Source: Macrostomum lignano (taxonomy: Eukaryota). From it: 64,000 nucleotides of DNA. Below the pieces are notes generated by a model. The model had not been told where the DNA came from and ran no database searches. It saw only the letters and a list, made by a program, of their open reading frames with translations. The translations under genes were made by a program, and so were the position numbers. The stretch lies in contig NIVC01002050.1 of NCBI GenBank assembly GCA_002269645.1, positions 124,001-188,000 on the forward strand, read 5' to 3'. Below are positions 11,989 to 25,092 of this stretch, piece after piece. The first letter of the stretch is position 1, and each line of letters begins with the position of its first letter.

Positions 11989-12929
11989 GACTAAAACGAA
12001 CGAGGTCACATTTACAGTTTCCTCTGCAATATTATATTAGGCTCAACAGTACTATATTAAAAATAGATCCTGCAATCTCATAGTTTCAAGCATTGTATCT
12101 GCTATCAAAATCTATTTATCTGTATGTAGATATGGAGTTTCTACAATTTTTGTAGATCAGAGACACATACAAGCTATACACAACCTCCTAAATTCTATTG
12201 TACGAGCATCATAGAAGCCTTTGGAAACATAGTTAAGCATTTGCTCTCTCTTTGGTTTGAATTTATTGATGCTCTTTTTTGACAGTTGCTTGTTTTTTGG
12301 TCACTTGTATAAGTTTTTGGTCCTCTTTGATTCTAGTAAATTGCTTTTGTTTCAAATTTTAAATCATTTTATTAATGCCTACTGGCATCGTGGCTTTTAA
12401 TTTGTTATCTTCAGTTGCAAATTTAATACGTGAAAAACTAGGGTTTAGGTCTAGGCTTGACTATTTTTTACTCAAAAATACATATTGCCACATTAATAAT
12501 AAAAAACAAACAGTGATTTTTACCATATAATATAATAATAATAGTACAAAAACTTTTGAATTGGGTACTTTAAACTATAAATTGTCTTGACATAGCTAAA
12601 TATGCCTTATATTAAGTAAGCCATTTTCATAATTTTCATTTCAATAATATATCTTCTACAATATAATTAACTCAATAAATTGTATAAAGCCTAAAAGCTT
12701 GCTTTTTATTACATTAAGGCTTGAAAGTAAGCAATTGAATAGTTAAATTTGCTATAGATTCTTTATATTATAATACATCTAGGAATAAGATCAAAGTTTA
12801 CCTAAATGCTTAGTACATTTTTATATATTTTCATAGGTTTCTATACTTTAAAGGTTTAAGCAAAAAAATGCCAAGTTAAAGATTATTGGGAAAAACAACT
12901 TTTTATAAAAAGAAAAATAGAAATTTATA

Positions 12930-14030
12930 TTCCCGTTGGGGAGCCAAAGAAATGCAACACACATTTTTTAATAAGCTACATGTATCCTTGAAATCTTAAA
13001 AAATCTCTTGTCAAACCTTGTAAGCCTTGACATGTCAGTAATTCCCCCCCACAAACTTTAACATATCAACTTCCCCCCTTGACATCTCAGCAATGCCCCC
13101 AATAAGCCTGGGAAATCTAAAAATATCTGTCAACCTTCTAACCCTAACCCTAGCCTAACCCTAGCTTAACCCTAACCCTAGCCCTAGCCTAACCCTAGCC
13201 TAACCCTAACCCTAACCCTAGCCTAACCCTAAAGCATTAACATTTCAGTAATTCTCTCTAAGAGTCATTACAGCACTACTGCAGTATTTATATTGATTCC
13301 CTGCAAGCCTTGACATTGTAGGGATTCCTAAATGAATCTCTTAACTTCGACATGAAGCTTCTTTTATTTTTTTACATTATGCTTTTTTATCAGTGATCCC
13401 TCCCCTGAGGAGTCATCAAATAATGTAATAAAAACTTTTCAATAAACTACATGTAGCTTCTGACTTTAGCCTTGAAATCTCATTTATACCCCCGTGAGCC
13501 TTGACATCTCAGCTATTCCCCCCGTAAGCCTTGACATGTCAGTGATGCCCCCCATAAACCTTGAAATCTAAAAAATCCCCTGTTAACCTTGAAACCTGAT
13601 AGAATACAACCCTCAACCCAAACCTGACCTAAATCTAACTTTAACCCAACCTAAAGCCTTGAAATCTCAGCAATTCTTCTCCCCTAAGCCTTGACATTTT
13701 ATTGATTCCTTCTTTAAGAATCACAGCACTATAACAATTTCCACCAAGCTTTGACATCATAGCAATTCCCAAATGAATCTTTTAACTTCGACATGACTTT
13801 TCTTTTATGTATACATAGTGCTACTTTTATTTTTTACATGACTCTTCTTCTATCAGCGCCCCTTGTGGCAAGCCAACAAAGAATGCAATAAAAAATTGAG
13901 TAAAGTACATGAAGTTTGAAGTAGCTTCTGACTTTTGCTTTGACATCTCAGAAACCCCCCCCCCTATAATCTCAGTTATTCTCTGAGAACCTTGACGTCT
14001 CAGTTTTTTCTCCCCAGCACAGCATTATAG
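12930..14030. repeat. Old diverged tandem copies (~450-470 bp unit, 2-3 copies) with internal agccttgacat subrepeats
   Basis: Blocks such as aaatgaatct(c/t)ttaacttcgacatga occur at ~13330 and ~13770; tacatg...ccttgaaatc occurs at ~12978 and ~13448. Confidence 0.6.
13132..13231. repeat. Degenerate interstitial telomere-like tract (CCCTAA/CCCTAG/GCCTAA)
   Basis: accctaaccctagcctaaccctagcttaaccctaaccctagccc... Confidence 0.75.
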
Positions 14031-14039
14031 CTTTATTTA

Positions 14040-14595
14040 ATTTTTACATGACACCCTTCATGTCTGACATGATGCTTCTTTTATTCTACCATGATGCTTC
14101 TTAATTTTTAAATGACACTTTCATTAGTTTTTAAATGAGGCTTCTATGATTTTTTCATGACACTTTTATGATTTTTTCATGACGCTTCTATGATTTTTTA
14201 TGACACTCCTATGATTTTTTCATGACGCTTCTATGACTATTTAGATGATGCTTTGATGATTGTTTACATGACGCTTCTATGATTTTTTACATAAAGCTTC
14301 TATGATTGTTTATATGACGCTTCTATGATTGTTTACATGACGCTTCTATGATTGTTTACATGATGCTTCTATGATTTTTTACATGATGCTTCTATGATTT
14401 TTTACATGACGCTTCTATGATTGTTTATATGACGCTTCTATGATTTTCATATGACACTTCTACGATTTTTTATATGACGCTTCTATGATTGTTTACATGA
14501 TGCTTTTATGATTGTTTACATGACGCTTCTATGATTTTTTACATGACGCTTCTATGATTGTTTACATGATGCTTCTATGATTTTTAAATGACACT
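14040..14595. repeat. 23-bp minisatellite (acatgacgcttctatgattgttt), degenerate toward the left
   Basis: tgacgcttc at 14315, 14338 and onward. Confidence 0.9.
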
Positions 14596-14663
14596 TCTTT
14601 TTAAAAAGTCTTTTAGTTTTCCTGACGTTGAAAAGCTTGAATTAAAAAAATATACTCTATGAA

Positions 14664-17600
14664 AAGGGGATGTGAACTTAAGAGTCAGAATGGAGCCTGA
14701 AGCATTGGGTTCCGATTTCTCTACGCCAATCCCTTCATTTGGAGCCAAATAGCTCCCGTTATGCCGAAAACCCGACCACTTTAGCGTTTGGGGATCTCTG
14801 TGGGGAGAAAGGGGATAAATGGGGATTTCATGTGAACTTAAGGCTCTAGAATGGAGCCTGAAGCATTAGGTCCCGATTACTCTACGCCAATCCCTTCATT
14901 TGGAGCCAAATAGCTCCCGTTATGCCAAAAACCCGACCACTTTAGCGTTTGGGGATCTCTGTGGGGAGAAAGGGGATAAATGGGGATTTCATGTGAACTT
15001 AAGGCTCTAGAATGGAGCCTGAAGCATTGGGTCCCGATTTCTCTACGCCAATCCCTTCATTTGGAGCTAAATGGCTCCCGTTATGCCGAAAACCCGACCA
15101 CTTTAGCGTTTGGGGATCTCTGTGGGGAGAAAGGGGATAAATGGGGATTTCATGTGAACTTAAGAGTCAGAATGGAGCCTGAAGCATTGGGTCCCGATTT
15201 CTCTATGCCAATCCCTTCATTTGGAGCCAAATAGCTCCCGTTATGCCGAAAACCCGACCACTTTAGCGTTTGGGGATCTCTGTGGGGAGAAAGGGGATAA
15301 ATGGGGATTTCATGTGAACTTAAGGCTCTAGAATGGAGCCTGAAGCATTGGGTCCCGATTTCTCTACGCCAATCCCTTCATTTGGAGCCAAATAGCTCCC
15401 GTTATGCCGAAAACCCGACCACTTTAGCGTTTGGGGATCTCTGTGGGGAGAAAGGGGATAAATGGGGATTTCATGTGAACTTAAGGCTCTAGAATGGAGC
15501 CTGAAGCATTAGGTCCCGATTACTCTACGCCAATCTCTTCATTTGGAGCCAAATAGCTCCCGTTATGCCGAAAACCCGACCACTTTAGCGTTTGGGGATC
15601 TCTGTGGGGAGAAAGGGGATAAATGGGGATTTCATGTGAACTTAAGGCTCTAGAATGGAGCCTGAAGCATTGGGTCCCGATTTCTCTACGCCAATCCCTT
15701 CATTTGGAGCTAAATGGCTCCCGTTATGCCGAAAACCCGACCACTTTAGCGTTTGGGGATCTCTGTGGGGAGAAAGGGGATAAATGGGGATTTCATGTGA
15801 ACTTAAGAGTCAGAATGGAGCCTGAAGCATTGGGTCCCGATTTCTCTATGCCAATCCCTTCATTTGGAGCCAAATAGCTCCCGTTATGCCGAAAACCCGA
15901 CCACTTTAGCGTTTGGGGATCTCTGTGGGGAGAAAGGGGATAAATGGGGATTTCATGTGAACTTAAGGCTCTAGAATGGAGCCTGAAGCATTGGGTCCCG
16001 ATTACTCTACGCCAATCCCTTCATTTGGAGCCAAATAGCTCCCGTTATGCCGAAAACCCGACCACTTTAGCGTTTGGGGATCTCTGTGGGGAGAAAGGGG
16101 ATAAATGGGGATTTCATGTGAACTTAAGGCTCTAGAATGGAGCCTGAAGCATTGGGTCCCGATTTCTCTACGCCAATCCCTTCATTTGGAGCTAAATGGC
16201 TCCCGTTATGCCGAAAACCCGACCACTTTAGCGTTTGGGGATCTCTGTGGGGAGAAAGGGGATAAATGGGGATTTCATGTGAACTTAAGGCTCTAGAATG
16301 GAGCCTGAAGCATTGGGTTCCGATTTTTCTACGCCAATCCCTTCATTTGGAGCCAAATAGCTCCCGTTATGCCGAAAACCCGACCACTTTAGCGTTTGGG
16401 GATCTCTGTGGGGAGAAAGGGGATAAATGGGGATTTCATGTGAACTTAAGGCTCTAGAATGGAGCCTGAAGCATTGGGTTCCGATTTCTCTACGCCAATC
16501 CCTTCATTTGGAGCCAAATAGCTCCCGTTATGCCGAAAACCCGACCACTTTAGCGTTTGGGGATCTCTGTGGGGAGAAAGGGGATAAATGGGGATTTCAT
16601 GTGAACTTAAGGCTCTAGAATGGAGCCTGAAGCATTGGGTCCCGATTTCTCTACGCCAATCCCTTCATTTGGAGCTAAATGGCTCCCGTTATGCCGAAAA
16701 CCCGACCACTTTAGCGTTTGGGGATCTCTGTGGGGAGAAAGGGGATAAATGGGGATTTCATGTGAACTTAAGAGTCAGAATGGAGCCTGAAGCATTGGGT
16801 CCCGATTTCTCTACGCCAATCCCTTCATTTGGAGCCAAATAGCTCCCGTTATGCCGAAAACCCGACCACTTTAGCGTTTGGGGATCTCTGTAAGGAGAAA
16901 GGGGATAAATGGGGATTTCATGTGAACTTAAGGCTCTAGAATGGAGCCTGAAGCATTGGGTCCCGATTACTCTACGCCAATCCCTTCATTTGGAGCCAAA
17001 TAGCTCCCGTTATGCCGAAAACCCGACCACTTTAGCGTTTGGGGATCTCTGTGGGGAGAAAGGGGATAAATGGGGATTTCATGTGAACTTAAGGCTCTAG
17101 AATGGAGCCTGAAGCATTGGGTCCCGATTTCTCTACGCCAATCCTTCATTTGGAGCCAAATAGCTCCCGTTATGCCGAAAACCCGACCACTTTAGCGTTT
17201 GGGGATCTCTGTGGGGAGAAAGGGGATAAATGGGGATTTCATGTGAACTTAAGGCTCTAGAATGGAGCCTGAAGCATTGGGTTCCGATTTCTCTACGCCA
17301 ATCCCTTCATTTGGAGCCAAATAGCTCCCGTTATGCCGAAAACCCGACCACTTTAGCGTTTGGGGATCTCTGTGGGGAGAAAGGGGATAAATGGGGATTT
17401 CATGTGAACTTAAGGCTCTAGAATGGAGCCTGAAGCATTGGGTCCGATTTCTCTACGCCAATCCCTTCATTTGGAGCTAAATGGCTCCCGTTATGCCGAA
17501 AACCCGACCACTTTAGCGTTTGGGGATCTCTGTGGGGAGAAAGGGGATAAATGGGGATTTCATGTGAACTTAAGGCTCTAGAATGGAGCCTGAAGCATTG

Positions 17601-18700
17601 GGTCCCGATTTCTCTACGCCAATCCCTTCATTTGGAGCCAAATAGCTCCCGTTATGCCGAAAACCCGACCACTTTAGCGTTTGGGGATCTCTGTGGGGAG
17701 AAAGGGGATAAATGGGGATTTCATGTGAACTTAAGGCTCTAGAATGGAGCCTGAAGCATTGGGTCCCGATTTCTCTACGCCAATCCTTTCATTTGGAGCC
17801 AAATAGCTCCCGTTATGCCGAAAACCCGACCACTTTAGCGTTTGGGGATCTCTGTGGGGAGAAAGGGGATAAATGGGGATTTCATGTGAACTTAAGGCTC
17901 TAGAATGGAGCCTGAAGCATTGGGTCCCGATTTCTCTACGCCAATCCTTTCATTTGGAGCCAAATAGCTCCCGTTATGCCGAAAACCCGACCACTTTAGC
18001 GTTTGGGGATCTCTGTGGGGAGAAAGGGGATAAATGGGGATTTCATGTGAACTTAAGGCTCTAGAATGGAGCCTGAAGCATTGGGTCCCGATTTCTCTAC
18101 GCCAATCCCTTCATTTGGAGCTAAATGGCTCCCGTTATGCCGAAAACCCGACCACTTTAGCGTTTGGGGATCTCTGTGGGGAGAAAGGGGATAAATGGGG
18201 ATTTCATGTGAACTTAAGGCTCTAGAATGGAGCCTGAAGCATTGGGTCCCGATTTCTCTACGCCAATCCCTTCATTTGGAGCCAAATAGCTCCCGTTATG
18301 CCGAAAACCCGACCACTTTAGCGTTTGGGGATCTCTGTGGGGAGAAAGGGGATAAATGGGGATTTCATGTGAACTTAAGGCTCTAGAATGGAGCCTGAAG
18401 CATTGGGTCCCGATTTCTCTACGCCAATCCCTTCATTTGGAGCCAAATAGCTCCCGTTATGCCGAAAACCCGACCACTTTAGCGTTTGGGGATCTCTGTG
18501 GGGAGAAAGGGGATAAATGGGGATTTCATGTGAACTTAAGGCTCTAGAATGGAGCCTGAAGCATTGGGTCCCGATTTCTCTACGCCAATCCCTTCATTTG
18601 GAGCCAAATAGCTCCCGTTATGCCGAAAACCCGACCACTTTAGCGTTTGGGGATCTCTGTGGGGAGAAAGGGGATAAATGGGGATTTAATGTGAACTTAA
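14664..18700 (+). repeat. 161-bp satellite, ~25 copies (left arm)
   Basis: Near-identical 160-161 bp monomers; the repeated 63-aa pseudo-ORFs are spaced 161 bp apart. Confidence 0.98.
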
Positions 18701-18759
18701 GACTTTAGGAGCTTCAAATCCTTAAATGACGAGGTGAACAGATTACCTGAGCATTAGCA

Positions 18760-20610
18760 TGGTCATCACGCGATGAACGACTGACCCATCTGGCGACCAG
18801 ATCCATCAATCCCAGGACGACCACACCACAGCCTCTGCTGAAGCGGCCTGCCGCGGGGCAGCCGCAAATCAAACCCAGCGGCCCACCGCCTGCAACGTCA
18901 GGTGCCCCCGACTATGGATCCTCCCGTGTCATCCTCGAACACTGCCTCATCACCTGCTGCACCTGTCATCGACGTTAACGCCCTCCTCACCTCCATGACT
19001 GCGATGATGCAGCAGAATCAGTTGCTCATAGAACAGCTCGCCGCTATATTTATCCTGCCACGACATCAGCGTCGTCGTTCGCTACTAGTGATTGCGATCC
19101 GGCCGCTCTCATCCGCTCCAATGTCCTCCAGAAAGTTCGTCTCCCGACATTCGACGGCATCGACCCTGCCGCATTCCCTGGGTTCTGGGACGCCTTCCTC
19201 TACCGCGTCGACCAATCCAGTCTCAACGTCGACAAGTTCGAACCACTCCGCGGTCTGCTATTCGGCCCCGCCCTCAGAAAGCTGGGCGCCCTCGATGCCT
19301 GCCAACCCATCGCTTACGCTGAGGCCTGCCGCGTCCTCCAGGCTAACTGCGCCGACGCCCAAGAATGCTTGCTTTCAACGCCTCGCGCTATAATGCAGCT
19401 TCGCTTTCGACGTAGACGAGTTAAGCGACGTAGGGCGCTAACCCCTCTCCTCGTCCCTCCGAATGCTTCGCTTCCACCGCCAACCAGCAGCAGCAGAAGC
19501 CCAGCCTCCCATGCCTCTATTGCGACACTTCCGACCATGCCACCATGTCTTGCTGCAATATCCGCAAGCCCGATGACCGGCTTAAAATAGTTCTGAACAA
19601 AAACCTTTGCGACAATTGCTTTCGCCAACACCACAACACAACACGCCCTGCCGTTCCTGCCGCGACACCCGACACTGTCTTGTGTGTGCGACGACCACAT
19701 CGCACCTCGCTGCTCTAGCCATCGCTCGCCTAAGACAGGCCAAAATTCCCACGTTAATTCGGGCTGACGCCGACTCCAAAGAAACAGCCAACTCCCAAGT
19801 CTCTGCCGCAGCCGACGGAGGTCTCGTGCCGACCATCATGGCTACTTTCCGGGCGAAGGCCGTCAACCCGAAAGATGGCCGCTCCGTCGACTGCACAATT
19901 TTTCTCGATTCTCGACTCTGGCTGCTCATACTCGCATCTCGACGGCACTGTTGCCCACAACCTTGGTCTCAAAGCCGCTAAGAGACTCACGATAGCCGCC
20001 TCCACCTTACACTCGTACTCGTACTTCCGCGTTAGATTACTGCGGACCTCGTCAGTTTTGACCTCCAGGCCCCAGACAGCCGTCGCTGGACAAATCACAT
20101 CCCTCGCCTCCGACTAGCAGCTAGCAGCCCCGATCCATATACCGGCCGTTAAGCTCCCTGAAGATGTCCTTAACACCCTCAGCAGTGTCAACAACGGCGT
20201 CTGCAACCTTCCGCCTGATTATGATACAGACGGTACTCTTGACCTCATCCTCGGTGGTGACTGAACCAGTTACTCATCGGCCCTGCCGTTCCTGCCCTCG
20301 CTCCGACTCTAACAGCCTACTTGACGCCCTTCGAAGCCATCCTCAACAATGCTATCACTGACACGGATGCCGTGTCACGGACGCAGCATAAACAGCTTCC
20401 TCGGGTCCTCGCAGGCCTTTCAGGTCCTTATCGCTAACACCTGCCTCAACATGAACAACGATAATGGCTCCTCGAAGTTCTCAGAATCGCGAAGGACGCA
20501 GGAAGCATGGCCCCAAAGACAACGAGCTGACTTGACGCCTTCTCGCGTCCATTACCCGTGACTAAGATGGCCGCATCTCCGTCAACCCGCCATTCAAAGA
20601 CGGCGATGCT
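18760..20610 (+). mobile_element. Decayed BEL/Pao LTR-retrotransposon gag-protease fragment (frameshifts and stops)
   Basis: Manual translation gives KVRLPTFDGIDPAAFPGFWDAFLYRVDQSSLNVDKFEPLRGLLFGPALRKL (DUF1759-like Gag), CLYCDTSDHATMSC..CDNCFRQHH..CRSC..CLVC (Pao zinc knuckles), F/ILDSGCSYSHLDGTVAHNLGL (aspartic protease), LDLILGGD, and DGRISVNPPFK. Confidence 0.85.
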
Positions 20611-21822
20611 TTGGTTCCAAATGAAAGGATTGGCGTAGAGAAATCGGGACCCAATGCTTCAGGCTCCATTCTAGAGCCTTAAGTTCACATGAAATCCCCA
20701 TTTATCCCCTTTCTCCCCACAGAGATCCCCAAACGCTAAAGTGGTCGGGTTTTCGGCATAACGGGAGCTATTTGGCTCCAAATGAAGGGATTGGCGTAGA
20801 GTAATCGGGACCTAATGCTTCAGGCTCCATTCTAGAGCCTTAAGTTCACATGAAATCCCCATTTATCCCCTTTCTCCCCACAGAGATCCCCAAACGCTAA
20901 AGTGGTCGGGTTTTCGGCATAACGGGAGCCATTTGGCTCCAAATGAAGGGATTGGCGTAGAGAAATCGGGACCCAATGCTTCAGGCTCCATTCTAGAGCC
21001 TTAAGTTCACATGAAATCCCCATTTATCCCCTTTCTCCCCACAGAGATCCCCAAAAGCTAAAGCGGTCGGGTTTTCGGCATAACGGGAGCCATTTAGCTC
21101 CAAATGAAAGGATTGGCGTAGAGAAATCGGGACCCAATGCTTCAGGCTCCATTCTAGAGCCTTAAGTTCACATGAAATCCCCATTTATCCCCTTTCTCCC
21201 CACAGAGATCCCCAAACGCTAAAGTGGTCGGGTTTTCGGCATAACGGGAGCTATTTGGCTCCAAATGAAGGGATTGGCGTAGAGTAATCGGGACCTAATG
21301 CTTCAGGCTCCATTCTAGAGCCTTAAGTTCACATGAAATCCCCATTTATCCCCTTTCTCCCCACAGAGATCCCCAAACGCTAAAGTGGTCGGGTTTTCGG
21401 CATAATGGGAGCCATTTAGCTCCAAATGAAGGGATTGGCGTAGAGAAATCGGGACCCAATGCTTCAGGCTCCATTCTAGAGCCTTAAGTTCACATGAAAT
21501 CCCCATTTATCCCCTTTCTCCCCACAGAGATCCCCAAACGCTAAAGTGGTCGGGTTTTCGGCATAACGGGAGCTATTTGGCTCCAAATGAAAGGATTGGC
21601 GTAGAGAAATCGGGACCCAATGCTTCAGGCTCCATTCTAGAGCCTTAAGTTCACATGAAATCCCCATTTATCCCCTTTCTCCCCACAGAGATCCCCAAAT
21701 GCTAAAGTGGTCGGGTTTTCGGCATAACGGGAGCCATTTGGCTCCAAATGAAGGGATTGGCGTAGAGAAATCGGGACCCAATGCTTCAGGCTCCATTCTG
21801 ACTCTTAAGTTCACATCCCCTT
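20603..21822 (-). repeat. 161-bp satellite, ~7.5 copies in inverted orientation (right arm)
   Basis: Reverse complement of the 14664-18700 monomer. Confidence 0.98.
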
Positions 21823-22193
21823 TGAACCATTGTTGCTGCATTTAGCAGTTCAGTTTGTTCACCTCTCTAGGCTAGGCCTAGCTTTCTCGTTTCGATAACA
21901 TCAAATTTTGCACTTATATAATTCAACACTTTAAAATCCAAGCATAGAGTAAATCATACGAAGCAGTTATGATAATCAATTTCTCAGTCAGTCAGTATCA
22001 GTTAACAATATGGTTACGCAATTTAAATCAAGTCTGGTGCTGCTGCCAGGATTTTCTTTTTTACCCGAGACAAGGTGAAAAATTGCACCCTATACTTTCA
22101 TGGTGCAATTTTAAGGCTCAAAGTGCAATTTCTCTTTTTTCTTATTTAAAGGCAGTGCAAATGAGACTTTAATAGAAAAATAGGTTATGAGAC

Positions 22194-22384
22194 CAGTGGC
22201 GTAGGGAGGGGGGGATCAGGGGGGATGTATCCCCCCCCCCCGAAGAGCCTGACCAAAACTTTTTTGTTGCACTTTTTCGCTATACATGCTACCATGTGAG
22301 CACTTTTACCTTGGTGTATCCCCCCCTGTAGGAAATTCACCTTGGTTTATCCCCCCCCGTAGGAAATTCCTGGCTACGCCCCTG
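22194..22384. mobile_element. hAT-type MITE (191 bp) with 8-bp TSD
   Basis: Ends cagtggcgtag...ctacgcccctg; TSD tatgagac at 22186-22193 and 22385-22392. Confidence 0.88.
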
Positions 22385-25092
22385 TATGAGACCACATCTA
22401 AACTGCACCTGTTTCAATTTTAGGGTGCAATTTTAAAATTTAAGGTGCATACGCTAGATACGCACACTTTACACAAAAAATAAACCTAGGCTGCTGCTAT
22501 TTGTACTTTCTGGCCTAATGGGCAGATTACAGGAAAATGAAGCACCATAAATCAAATATGCAGGTGCTTGGTAGCTTTGAATGGCCAGTCAAGTTTCCAA
22601 TTCTATGAAAATACCAAACTGCAAACACTCAAATTCAGAATATAGAGAAAATTAGAAAAAAAACTTCTTTTTATTGATTGTTTTACTAAATGAAAATTTT
22701 TTTGAAATGCAAGTCTATTAGTTAATTTTTGACTTGCACTAATATGCACTATGCTTTCTATAGTCAGCACTAGCCTAATCAATTTTTTACACCCACTGAC
22801 TAGGCCCACAAGGGGGGATAATATCTTCACTTACTCTATGCTACTGCCTATGGTGCTAAAATGAGTATCTGCAACACTAAAATAAGTGCCTATGGCACTA
22901 TTAGTACTGTAAACAAGAAACTGTAAACAAGACTTGTCACCGAAGTATCCAAACTTGTCACCTAAGTTTCCAAAATTGTCACCGAAATGTCTTGTCACCG
23001 ACTTGACCAGTAACCTAATCAAGCATAATAATAATACTAAAGTGGAACATTTTTTTGCTATAAATGTGAAGAAGACTAATAAATGCACTTTTTTATCTTT
23101 GTAGTGTATTTTTTCATAGAGCCTTAGGCTCTCCAAAGATTTGCTTAGAAAAAAGGTTCCTCGACCCCTTGGAGGTTTTTATATATGAAGCAACGAGTTA
23201 AGCAGTACTAAAAGTAATTGGTTCGAATAGTTACTTTTTGTTTGACGATTCCGAATAATTCTTAAGCTATATAGCCAATCAATTAGCTAAACTTAACTTA
23301 TTATAAGAATCAACTTCAACGTTAAATTTTTTCACTTTAGAAGGCTCAAACTAATGTTCGTTTAAAAAACATAACAAAGTTTATGTTGCTATTTAGTATT
23401 AAAAGGCATAATCACTATATGAATATATGCGTAACATTACTGGTATTTTTTACGTTGTCTTGATTACCTTCTATTTGAGAACATTGTTGAGAACATTGAG
23501 AAGAATGTTGAGAACATTGATGCAGCTGGGCCTCGAATGACGTCAAATAAGTTTTACAAGTCGCGACGACGAAAGAATTTTCGAGACCTCGAAGTCGAAT
23601 TAATGACGTCAAACACGATCGAAAAGCGATCGACGCCAAAAAAATTCGAAAATTCGACATCAAAAGCCCAAGAAGGACTACCCCCCCCCCAACATTGGGG
23701 GGGGGGGTTTACTGTATATTTTGCCCAGACCAAAAGTCTAGCTGCTTCTGTATGATTGATAACTGCTTACATGTATGTAGGTATCCCAGTTATAGATGTA
23801 CATGTACAGTACATGGCACATGATAACCAGAACGTTGCGACCAGTTCCAGCAGCTAGGGACACTTCTTTAACCAGGAATTCATCAATCGTCAAATCGCGA
23901 TATTTCTTCATCGGACTGGCGTTTAACTCTGAACTCTGAAAAATTTTCAAATTCAAGTTTCAATACATTCAATAAAATATTCATGCATGTGATATTGATA
24001 ATATTTTAGGTTTTATTAAAATAATTATGCAATAATTTCCCTTTTGTTTAAAGAGAGCTTGTTGCCATGACGAATTTTTCATTACGTACATTTTCTTTAA
24101 AACGTTGGTATTTAAGTGTACGGTCTGCCCACTTGCGCTCGATCATTTTCAGTAATCAACCTCAAATTATTAAAGACTACATTCTACAATAAATTGGCAA
24201 TAACCGTAACTAGCTCATTAGCGTTGTAATTGTAACATAAATTTTCGTACTTTCACTGTGCTATGTATCTATGAAACTGTGACATATAAAACTATATAAA
24301 CCACAAGTTGAAAGAATGACTTAATTTTTTCTAAAAATCTGAAATAATTATTGTAAACCTGCACTTTTGACTTTATTTTTTATTAAGTTTTTGCAATTGT
24401 AACTAACTTTGTTTTTTATATCAATAGTCAACTAAAACACTATATGCTGCCAGTGCTACATATAAGTGTTACATAAAATTTAATTTGAAAACACTGAGAC
24501 ACAAATAGTTTAATCGGAGTCTGCAATTTTTTACTGTCTCATTTTTGTTTACGGTTCGTATTATAAATTTGTATCTTATTAAGCAAGGAAGGCTATGTAT
24601 TCTCTGCACATTATTTCCTGTGATAAAACGGTTGAAAACTATATCAAATCGATTTTGTTTTCTGTCGACATTTAATCATCTATTTACTATTTCTTTGGAA
24701 ACCTCTTTGCAATGACTTTTGCTTTCAGTGTATTTCCATATGACATCTATTTACTAACAGTTTTTTTAAAGATTTGCCAAAAATTTACACAATATTTTTA
24801 GCTTTTAAAATTAAACTTTATTTGCTTCAAATTTTCTATTCTTCACACTCAAAAATAGCCACTATAAAAAATTTAAAAATTTAAAAAGTTAAAAATTTTA
24901 TAGTATAGAATGTAAGATTAGTGGAAATTATTATCATGTATATAATCATTTTTTTAATTCAGAACCACATACTTGTTTTCTAATAGACTAGCTGATATGA
25001 ATGTCTGAAGCACATTTATTAAATATAAATTCTTTGTCTCTCAGAATCAGTTATTTCATACCTTTATAACCATCATCTTTGCAGCCAACGCA

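Larger units (their letters stand above)
14664..21822. mobile_element. 7.16-kb foldback-type element with satellite-built inverted arms and a 4-bp TSD (TGAA)
   Basis: Left end aaggggatgtgaacttaagagtcagaatggagcc (from 14664) is the reverse complement of the right end (to 21822). tgaa is present at 14660-14663 and 21823-21826. Confidence 0.8.

Noticed and set aside
14755-14775. CENP-B box-like motif in the satellite (TTCG-N6-CGGGA on the minus strand)
   Set aside because: The canonical box needs seven bases between TTCG and CGGG; this is one short, so it is not called.
14980-21667. Many repeated 63/84-aa ORFs (MGISCELK...)
   Set aside because: Translation of the 161-bp satellite monomer; the period is not a multiple of 3 and there is no protein-like signature.
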